Source of the DNA: Akkermansia muciniphila ATCC BAA-835
Lineage (GTDB): Bacteria; Verrucomicrobiota; Verrucomicrobiia; Verrucomicrobiales; Akkermansiaceae
DNA: 32,000 nucleotides
Assembly (NCBI RefSeq): GCF_000020225.1
Contig: NC_010655.1
Location: forward strand, 150,001-182,000
Direction: 5' to 3'
Shown: positions 8,737 to 15,258 of the stretch, in pieces
How the letters are laid out: each line of letters starts with the position of its first letter
How positions within the stretch are numbered: position 1 is the first letter of the stretch
Notes under the pieces: generated by a model
What the model saw: only the letters and a program-made list of their open reading frames with translations
The model's database searches: none
What the model was told of the DNA's origin: nothing
Translations under genes and position numbers: made by a program

Positions 8737-8776
8737 AACCGGCTTCCCCTGACAAGGGAAGCCGGTTATTTTCTTT
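8737..8776 (+). terminator. Intrinsic terminator after the HTH gene
   Basis: aaccggcttccc 8737-8748 pairs with gggaagccggtt 8756-8767 (12-bp stem, 7-nt loop) and is followed by attttcttt. Confidence 0.75.
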
Positions 8777-8826
8777 ACGGAGATCGCGCTTGCCCCCCCG
8801 GAACAATTCCTTTAATATCCGCCGTC

Positions 8827-10968
8827 GTGACTCAACCCGCCCACATTGCTCCCGCGAGTCAGTCTGTGGAAGGCATGTATGCCGACTACTTTCTGGATTA
8901 CGCCTCGTATGTCATTCTGGAACGGGCCGTACCCAAGATCAATGACGGGTTTAAACCTGTGCAGCGCCGTATTCTGCACGCCATGGACCGCCTGGACGAC
9001 GGGCGTTATAATAAAGTGGCTAATATCGTGGGAGACACGATGAAATTCCATCCGCACGGCGACCGTTCCATTGCAGACGCGCTGGTGGGGCTGGGACAAA
9101 AAGGGCTGCTTATCGACACGCAGGGGAACTGGGGCAATATTCTGACAGGCGACCCCGCAGCGGCTTCCCGCTATATTGAAGCCCGCTTTACCTCCTTTGC
9201 GCGTGATGTAGTATTCAGCCCCAAGGTCACGGAATGGCAGCTCTCCTATGACGGCAGGAACAAGGAACCGGTCAGCCTTCCCGTCAAATTTCCCCTGCTT
9301 CTCGCTCAGGGAGCGGAAGGCATCGCCGTGGGGCTTTCCAGTAAAATTCTTCCCCACAACTTCAATGAGTTGATTGAAGCCTCCATCGCCTACTTGCGCG
9401 GCCAGCCCTTCCAGCTTCTGCCGGACTTTCCGACCGGAGGCGTGATGGATGCCACCAACTACCGTGACGGAGAACGAGGAACGGGCCGCGTCCGCATCAG
9501 GGCGCGCATCCTCACGGAATCGAAGAAACTTCTCCGCATCACGGAAATCCCGTTCGGCGTCACCACGGAAATCTTAATTGATTCCATTGTCTCCGCTGCG
9601 GAAAAGGGAAAAATTAAAATCGCCCGCATTGAGGACAATACGGCCCAGCATGTGGACATCCTGGTCCATCTCCCGGCCGGAGCGGATCCGGAGCAGACGA
9701 GGAAAGCCCTGTTTGCCTTCTCCGCCTGTGAAGTCAGCATCTCCCCGAATGCCTGCGTCATTGTGGAGGAAAAACCCAGGTTCATGTGTGTTAGCGACAT
9801 CCTGCGCTACAATACGGACTCCACCAAGGAAATCCTGCGCCAGGAGCAGGAAATCCGACTCAAGGAACTGAACGAGGCGTGGCACCAGGCCAGCCTGGAA
9901 AAAATATTCATTGAAAACCGCATCTACCTCTCCATAGAAGATTCCGAAACGTGGGAAGAAGTGCTCGGCACCATTGACCGGGAATTGCAGCCGTTTGCAT
10001 CCCGGCTGCGCGCCCCCATTACCAGGGACGACCTGGTAAGGCTGACGGAAATCAAAATCAAGCGGATTTCCAAATTTGACGCTTTCAAGGCGGACCAGCA
10101 CATCCGCCAGCTTGAAGAGGACATCGAACAAACGCAGAAGAACCTCAACCAGCTTACCAAATTCACTATCCGCTGGTTTGAAGCCCTGCGTAAAAAATAC
10201 GGCGCCGCCTATCCGCGGAAAACGGAAATTTCCTCCTTCGGCTCCGTAAACCGCGCGCAGGTGGCTGTTGCCAATGAAACATTGTATATTGATGACGAAG
10301 GCTTTGCCGGTTACGGTGTCAAGAAGGGAAACCCTGTCTGCAAATGCTCCACGCTGGATGACGTGTTGATCATTGACAATGCAGGCGTGCTCAAAATCGT
10401 GCGGATTCAGGACAAATTTTTCGCTGGTAAAAATCCCCTTTATATTTCCGTCATCAAAAAAGGGGACGACCCCGTGTTCAACCTGATTTACCGGGACGGA
10501 AAAGACGGCCCCGTGTACGCCAAGCGTTTCCGCATAGGAGGGTTCACCAGGGACAAGGAATATCCGCTTACCCGAGGCGCAAAGGGAACGCGCATCTTCC
10601 ACTTCTCCGTGCATGAAACGGAGGAAAACAGTTCCCAGATAAGCGTAAACGTTTATCTGAAAGCCGTTCTGAAACTCCGTAACCTGATCAGGCCCTTCCA
10701 TTTCGCGGACCTGAGAATCAAAAACCGCGGTGCCCAGGGAAATATCATTACCAGGCATCCTGTGGAACGCGTCTCCCGCATCATGCCTCCGGCCAAGTCC
10801 GGAAATGAGGAAACGGAAGGGCCAACAACCGCTCCTTCCGCAACAGCGGAACGGACGGAAGGCTCACCCGCCCCCTCCGCGGAAACGCTGCATCCTGAAA
10901 CAGCCCCACATTTGGAGGAACCGCCTGCCGATCCGCCGCTGGAACAGGGCTCCCTGTTTGACTCCTGA
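8827..10968 (+). CDS. parC: DNA topoisomerase IV subunit A (Bacteroidota/PVC-type ParC; GyrA/ParC family)
   Basis: Motifs are YFLDYASYVILERAVPKINDGFKPVQRRILHAM, HPHGDRSIADALVGLGQ and the active-site Tyr context AAASRYIEARF. The start is uncertain: GTG 8827 keeps the conserved '..EGMY' lead-in, and ATG 8875 is the alternative. The TTG 8710 of the ORF track is excluded because it spans the upstream terminator. The C-terminal tail is acidic and Pro-rich. Confidence 0.9.
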   Translation: MTQPAHIAPASQSVEGMYADYFLDYASYVILERAVPKINDGFKPVQRRILHAMDRLDDGRYNKVANIVGDTMKFHPHGDRSIADALVGLGQKGLLIDTQGNWGNILTGDPAAASRYIEARFTSFARDVVFSPKVTEWQLSYDGRNKEPVSLPVKFPLLLAQGAEGIAVGLSSKILPHNFNELIEASIAYLRGQPFQLLPDFPTGGVMDATNYRDGERGTGRVRIRARILTESKKLLRITEIPFGVTTEILIDSIVSAAEKGKIKIARIEDNTAQHVDILVHLPAGADPEQTRKALFAFSACEVSISPNACVIVEEKPRFMCVSDILRYNTDSTKEILRQEQEIRLKELNEAWHQASLEKIFIENRIYLSIEDSETWEEVLGTIDRELQPFASRLRAPITRDDLVRLTEIKIKRISKFDAFKADQHIRQLEEDIEQTQKNLNQLTKFTIRWFEALRKKYGAAYPRKTEISSFGSVNRAQVAVANETLYIDDEGFAGYGVKKGNPVCKCSTLDDVLIIDNAGVLKIVRIQDKFFAGKNPLYISVIKKGDDPVFNLIYRDGKDGPVYAKRFRIGGFTRDKEYPLTRGAKGTRIFHFSVHETEENSSQISVNVYLKAVLKLRNLIRPFHFADLRIKNRGAQGNIITRHPVERVSRIMPPAKSGNEETEGPTTAPSATAERTEGSPAPSAETLHPETAPHLEEPPADPPLEQGSLFDS

Positions 10969-11023
10969 AACGTTTTCAATCTCTTAAAATGGAAATATCC
11001 ATGCCTGACTATCCATTTTCGGC

Positions 11024-11052
11024 TTGCCACAACGGGCCATCTTCTGTAGATA
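11024..11052 (+). promoter_or_regulatory. Putative sigma70-type promoter for tRNA-Thr
   Basis: TTGCCA (11024-11029), 17-nt spacer, TAGATA (11047-11052), about 20 nt upstream of the mature tRNA 5' end. Confidence 0.35.
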
Positions 11053-11071
11053 TGGGCCACCTCATTACCAT

Positions 11072-11146
11072 GCCGCTTTAGCTCAGTGGTAGAGCACCCG
11101 CCTTGTAAGCGGACGGTCGTCAGTTCAAATCTGACAAGCGGCTCCA
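11072..11146 (+). tRNA. tRNA-Thr (anticodon UGU), CCA encoded
   Basis: Hand-folded cloverleaf. Acceptor GCCGCTT/AAGCGGC; D arm GCTC-AGTGGTA-GAGC; anticodon arm CCCGC-CTTGTAA-GCGGA (one C.A mismatch, anticodon TGT); 5-nt variable loop; T arm GTCAG-TTCAAAT-CTGAC; discriminator T, then CCA. Confidence 0.95.
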
Positions 11147-11150
11147 TCAT

Positions 11151-11188
11151 AACCCGCTCAAGGTCAACCCTTGAGCGGGTTGCTTTTA
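11151..11188 (+). terminator. Intrinsic terminator after tRNA-Thr
   Basis: aacccgctcaagg 11151-11163 pairs with ccttgagcgggtt 11169-11181 (13-bp stem, 5-nt loop), followed by gctttta. Confidence 0.75.
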
Positions 11189-11480
11189 TGAGGCGTGCGC
11201 CATTACTCGTTCCCATGAATTTCCGGCGTGCCGCTTTTGAACATTCATCATCCATTCATATCTCCGGCGGAATGCGGCAGCCGCAGGAAGCAAAGTGGGA
11301 CGCAACATCTGGCAAGAGGACATTCCACCCACAGGCATCCCCGTCAACTTCCGGCAGCGAAGGGCCATTCCCGGAGCGGGAAGAAGGTTCCGTTGGCGAT
11401 AACGCCGCCTCAGCAAGCCGTTTCCCCCCTTGAATACGCCTCCATTGCCATTTCGACCAAGGGAACCATGATTCAAGCCA

Positions 11481-12062
11481 ATGGATACTACAGAAAGAAA
11501 GATGGCCGCGGCTATCCTCCGGTTTGAAGACAGCCGCGTTACCGGGCCGTATTCCCTGCGCGTTTCCCGCCTTCCCGCCGCCGACAAGGGCGGCAAGTGG
11601 GAGATTTGCGGTATTTGCGACGGCATTGAACCGGCCGTGTTTAACAGATTGAAGGCCCTGCTGGATGCCGGAAGGCGTGAAGAGGCCTGGGAAGGTTGCC
11701 TGCAATACGTCCTGGACAATACCGCAGCCGTGCGTTCCTGGCTGGGTTCTGACGCTTTTCCGGCCACGGAGTTTATGTTGCGGGATCATTTTTTCAATTC
11801 CGGGAGCAGGAATACCGGGAAGATTTTGCAGCGCGCGCTGAATGTCCACGGCGCCGGGCTTGTGGTGGACGGCATCCCGGGAAAACAAACCCGGCAGATG
11901 TTGCAAACCGTTCTCGCCCAAACGGGAGAGTCCGAATTTCTCTCCACTCTGAACGAACGGCGCAAATCATTTTACCATTCTTGCAAACAGTTTCCCGTGT
12001 TCGGCAAAGGATGGCTGAACCGCAGCAATGAGGCATACCGGTTCGCACAATCCCTGGTTTAG
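11481..12062 (+). CDS. GH108-like N-acetylmuramidase domain plus PG_binding_3 peptidoglycan-binding domain (193 aa)
   Basis: The C-terminal half fits PG_binding_3: ILQRALNVHGAGLVVDGIPGKQTRQML...FLSTLNERRKSFYHSC...FGKGWLNRSNEAY. The N-terminus is a divergent GH108-like block (AAILRFEDS...DKGGKWEICGI versus the usual WEGG...DPGG..YGI). There is no signal peptide. Confidence 0.7.
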   Translation: MDTTERKMAAAILRFEDSRVTGPYSLRVSRLPAADKGGKWEICGICDGIEPAVFNRLKALLDAGRREEAWEGCLQYVLDNTAAVRSWLGSDAFPATEFMLRDHFFNSGSRNTGKILQRALNVHGAGLVVDGIPGKQTRQMLQTVLAQTGESEFLSTLNERRKSFYHSCKQFPVFGKGWLNRSNEAYRFAQSLV

Positions 12063-12149
12063 GGAAGTTCCTGCAAAAAAACTCCCGGAAAAGGAGTGCA
12101 GGAGAATTCAACCATTGTTGCAGCAACCTGTTTCCATGCGCCGGATGCC

Positions 12150-12193
12150 ATGAAAGAGCCTCCGTGCGGACATCCGCACGGAGGCTCTTTCAT
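12150..12193. terminator. 20-bp perfect-stem hairpin between convergent genes (possible bidirectional terminator)
   Basis: atgaaagagcctccgtgcgg 12150-12169 pairs perfectly with ccgcacggaggctctttcat 12174-12193, loop acat. No long U-tract follows on either strand; T/A runs lie within the stem ends. A second, bulged hairpin lies at 12069-12103. Confidence 0.5.
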
Positions 12194-12201
12194 TAACACG
12201 A

Positions 12202-12585
12202 TCAGGAAAACGCTTCGTCCCCCACAAACGCTCCCAGCAGACGGCAAAACCGGGAAGCAGGTAATTTTACCAATCTCCCGTCCCCCCGCTTGCCATGCTG
12301 GGTCAGAATCCAGGGCAGGGAAAGAATCTCCCGTTTATAAGCCAGCAATTCCCGTACATCTCCCGCCAGAAAATGGAGATGCCAGGCATCACACCGGACC
12401 GGCTCAAACCGGAAGCGGACATCGACAATCTTTCCGAAAGATGCGGAGGAATCCACCCTGCGCGCCATCAGGACAAGCTCCGGAGTACGGACATAGACAT
12501 CCTGGCGGCGGCCGTCTTCCTCCATTTCCTCCACCCTCCGGCCTGCAGCCAGATAATAGGAAAAGGCGGCAGATAAAGCGTTCAT
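12202..12585 (-). CDS. Hypothetical protein (127 aa), no family recognised
   Basis: ATG start at 12585. The amino-acid composition looks globular (MNALSAAFSYYLAAGRRVEEMEEDGRRQDVYVRTPELVLMARRVD...LPWILTQHGKRGDGRLVKL). The overlapping + strand ORFs are Pro/Arg/Gly-rich and look like shadow frames. The stop lies 9 nt from the 20-bp hairpin. Confidence 0.5.
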   Translation of the reverse strand: MNALSAAFSYYLAAGRRVEEMEEDGRRQDVYVRTPELVLMARRVDSSASFGKIVDVRFRFEPVRCDAWHLHFLAGDVRELLAYKREILSLPWILTQHGKRGDGRLVKLPASRFCRLLGAFVGDEAFS

Positions 12586-12703
12586 ACCCAGTTTTTCTTA
12601 TGACGCCTCAACCGCTGGCGCACCGGACGATTCCCGTCGGAACGGCTCCTGAAAAACCGTTTTTCCCTAAAACCGCCGGAGCAAAAGATCGGACGGCACC
12701 CAG

Positions 12704-13030
12704 TCATTTGCCCTGCCGGATTTTCTGGATAACCGGAGGCATCTCCGTTTTCGGCTGTTTCTGGAAGCAGGACAAATGCCCCGGTTCCAGAACCAGGCAG
12801 GAATCGTCCCTGCATATCTCCGCCCGCTCTGCAGTCACGTCTACGGTATACCCGCAGCCGGAGAGGAGAGAAGACGCCGCATAAGCCGCTCCGGCCAGAA
12901 CCACCCACAAGAGACGTTCCCACCAGGTCAATCCGGAACGTGTTCCGCTTTTTTCATAAGCGTTTTTCATGCCCTGTTTTCCTGCCTCCAAAGCCGCTTT
13001 CTTTTGTTCTTCTGTCAAATTGAAGTTCAT
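12704..13030 (-). CDS. Hypothetical small membrane or lipoprotein-like protein (108 aa), Cys-rich C-terminus
   Basis: ATG at 13030. It has a charged N-terminus (MNFNLTEEQKKAALEAGKQGMKNAYEK), a hydrophobic segment ending in a lipobox-like LLSGC (LLWVVLAGAAYAASSLLSGC), then ~50 aa with three further Cys (four counting the lipobox Cys) and a Pro-containing basic tail. Confidence 0.5.
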   Translation of the reverse strand: MNFNLTEEQKKAALEAGKQGMKNAYEKSGTRSGLTWWERLLWVVLAGAAYAASSLLSGCGYTVDVTAERAEICRDDSCLVLEPGHLSCFQKQPKTEMPPVIQKIRQGK

Positions 13031-13332
13031 TTGAGAGAGGGGGTAAGGGATTCCTGGAATTCTCGCGCATGTTGTGCCGCAACGGTTCCGCGGGAAAAAA
13101 TGGCGCTGCGGCAGGACTGTTTATTGCTATTCATTTTGTTCATTTTTTTGTTTATTGCCCGGAAACTGGCCTTTACCGGCATGGAACCGGCGGTGACATC
13201 AGACCGCTCCCAGACACAGACATCCTTGCCCTGCCCTTGGGGCGGGAGCAACACGCCTGATACGTCCGGGAACAAGGAATATTCCGCCAGAGACAAACGC
13301 CGGAATTTCCGCCGCGGATAACAAATACCCTG

Positions 13333-13361
13333 TTGAAAACGGAACCGGTTCATGCTAGTCT
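13333..13361 (+). promoter_or_regulatory. Putative promoter for parB (very short leader)
   Basis: TTGAAA (13333-13338), 17-nt spacer, TAGTCT (13356-13361). The ATG at 13372 is only ~10 nt downstream of the -10 element. Confidence 0.3.
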
Positions 13362-13371
13362 CTTCCCTGCT

Positions 13372-14256
13372 ATGGCAAAACCGGCTCTGGGGAAAGGCTT
13401 TGACGCCCTTATCAATCAAAATCTGTCTCGTGAATCCTTGGCGGCTCCCCAGGCGGGAGACGTTGTGCATCAACTATCCCATGCCGCCATTATTCCCAGC
13501 TCCCTGCAGCCGCGCGCCATTTTCACGCCGGAACAACTGGCGGAACTTGTAGATTCCATCAAGGAACACGGCATCATCCAGCCTTTAATCGTCCGTAAAA
13601 CGCAAAGCGACAAATATGAACTGATTGCCGGGGAAAGGCGCTGGAGAGCCTCCGGCATCCTGGGGCTGTCCACCGTGCCCGCTATCATCCGGGAAGCTTC
13701 CGATAAGGACGTGCTGGAACTGGCCCTGATTGAAAATCTTCAGCGAGAAAACCTCAGCCCGCTGGAAGAAGCCGCCGGCTACATGCGCCTGAAAACGGAG
13801 TTCCGCATGAAGCAGGGGGACATCGCCAAGCGCGTAGGTAAATCCCGCGCCGCCGTGGCCAACAGCATGCGGCTGCTCGACCTGCCTCAACCGGTTCAGG
13901 ACATGCTGGGCAATACCTTTATCAGCGTAGGGCATGCCAAGGTACTTCTCTCCCTCAAAAACAAGGACCAGCAAATCCAGCTTGGGCGCGACATCGTCAA
14001 CAAGGGCTACACCGTCCGCCAGACGGAGAAGGCTATTCAGAAGATGCTCAACCCGCCGGAGCCGGCTCCCGTTAAAAAACCGTCCTCCCCTCAATATAAG
14101 AAAATTTCCAGCATCCTCGCCAAACAATTCGGTACTCCGGTGAACATTTCCGGCCAGGGAAGCCGGGGGGCCATTGAAATCACCTTCTCCAGCAAAGCGG
14201 AATTCATCCGCATCCTTGAGCTTCTGGGCCAGGATGAATGGCCTGATTCCAAGTAA
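13372..14256 (+). CDS. parB: Chromosome partitioning protein ParB (Spo0J family)
   Basis: I chose ATG 13372 (MAKPALGKGFDALI), internal to ORF 13333..14256. Motifs are QPRAIFTPEQLAELVDSIKEHGIIQPLIVR, the ParB-box/CTP motif IAGERRWRAS and the HTH GDIAKRVGKSRAAVANSMRLLDLP. Confidence 0.92.
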   Translation: MAKPALGKGFDALINQNLSRESLAAPQAGDVVHQLSHAAIIPSSLQPRAIFTPEQLAELVDSIKEHGIIQPLIVRKTQSDKYELIAGERRWRASGILGLSTVPAIIREASDKDVLELALIENLQRENLSPLEEAAGYMRLKTEFRMKQGDIAKRVGKSRAAVANSMRLLDLPQPVQDMLGNTFISVGHAKVLLSLKNKDQQIQLGRDIVNKGYTVRQTEKAIQKMLNPPEPAPVKKPSSPQYKKISSILAKQFGTPVNISGQGSRGAIEITFSSKAEFIRILELLGQDEWPDSK

Positions 14257-14275
14257 ACTTCCCCCCCCTTTTTCC

Positions 14276-15220
14276 ATGACGCCCCGCATCGGACTTCTCC
14301 TGTTCACGGCCCTGCTGATGCAGTGCGAAAACCCCGTGGAAACGCCCGTGCCCGGTAAGGAAACCGTTCCCGCGCAAATCCGGCAAACGAATTGTTTCAA
14401 CGGAGGAAACGCTCTGTTCCACGCCGCGCGGATAACGGAAATGGGGAATCGTGCTTCAGGCACTCCCGGCTACCGCAGGCAGATGGACTACCTGAAGGAG
14501 GAACTGGCCAAATGCGGCTGGACCTGCCGGGAACAGGCTTTTGAAAAGGAAACGCCCCAGGGCCCCGTCCGGTTCGTCAACCTGAGGGCCCGTTTTGGCA
14601 AGGCTCCAAACTTCCTGGATCCGGTTCGGGGCCTGCTGACCTGCCACATTGACACCAAGCGGGGCATCGACGGATTCACCGGCGCCAATGACGGGGCATC
14701 GGGAGCTGCGGCCATTCTGGAGACAGCCCGCATTCTGTCCGGAGACCCCGCACGCGCCGGAAATTTGGAGCTTGTGTTTTTTGACGGGGAAGAAAGTTTT
14801 GCGGAACATATGGACAGCGACGACGGCCTGTACGGCTCCAGGCATTACGCATCCTCCATGCGGCAGCCGCTTCCCGAATGGATGATCAATTTGGACATGG
14901 TGGGGCGGCAGGGTAAAAAGATACGCATCCCGGCCATGACGCCCCAATCCATGTACCGGGTTTATTCCCGCGCCATCCGTGAACTGGGTTATTCCCCGGA
15001 GGAATGGGGAGTATCCGGCTATGCCATCCTGGATGACCACGTTCCTTTCATGGAGCGCGGCGTGGACACGTTGAACCTGATTGACGACTTCCAGGACGGC
15101 AACTGGTGGCACACCTCCAAGGATAACATCGGCATTCTGGGCGAAAAATCCTTCCAGCAAACCGGGGAAATGACCCTTCACATCCTCCGGCAACTGCTTC
15201 CCGGCCCGCCCTCCGCCTGA
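14276..15220 (+). CDS. M28-fold glutaminyl-peptide cyclotransferase-like protein / M28 family peptidase, exported
   Basis: I chose ATG 14276 (MTPRIGLLLFTALLMQCENP signal or lipoprotein-like). Motifs are CHIDTK, GANDGASGAAAILETARIL, LVFFDGEESF, DGLYGSRHY, NLDMVG, LDDHVPFMERGVDTLNLID and WWHTSKDN, matching the zinc-ligand blocks of type II QC / M28 enzymes. Confidence 0.85.
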   Translation: MTPRIGLLLFTALLMQCENPVETPVPGKETVPAQIRQTNCFNGGNALFHAARITEMGNRASGTPGYRRQMDYLKEELAKCGWTCREQAFEKETPQGPVRFVNLRARFGKAPNFLDPVRGLLTCHIDTKRGIDGFTGANDGASGAAAILETARILSGDPARAGNLELVFFDGEESFAEHMDSDDGLYGSRHYASSMRQPLPEWMINLDMVGRQGKKIRIPAMTPQSMYRVYSRAIRELGYSPEEWGVSGYAILDDHVPFMERGVDTLNLIDDFQDGNWWHTSKDNIGILGEKSFQQTGEMTLHILRQLLPGPPSA

Positions 15221-15258
15221 CCAGGCAGCTCTGACCCTCCAATTATCCCTGTCCCGCC

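Noticed and set aside
8710-8826. N-terminal extensions proposed by the ORF track: parC from TTG 8710, 19490-20974, 22287-23645, 24389-25609, 3200-4567, 14174-15220, 17136-19436, 891-1466
   Set aside because: The extensions cross terminators or upstream genes, are Arg/Pro/Gly-rich, and precede obvious signal peptides or conserved N-termini. I chose internal starts instead.
12096-12884. A 262-aa + strand ORF across the islet, plus 12295-12576(+), 12582-12923(-), 12776-13321(+) and 13027-13473(-)
   Set aside because: They are Pro/Arg/Gly-rich with no hydrophobic core pattern. 13027-13473(-) runs into the parB start and promoter. The minus-strand 127-aa and 108-aa ORFs look more protein-like, although they remain only moderate-confidence calls.
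11072-13371. An integrated mobile element with att repeats at tRNA-Thr
   Set aside because: By eye I found no integrase or recombinase gene and no direct repeat of the tRNA 3' end (ttcaaatctgacaagcggctcca). I therefore report it only as an islet or possible remnant, not as a mobile element.
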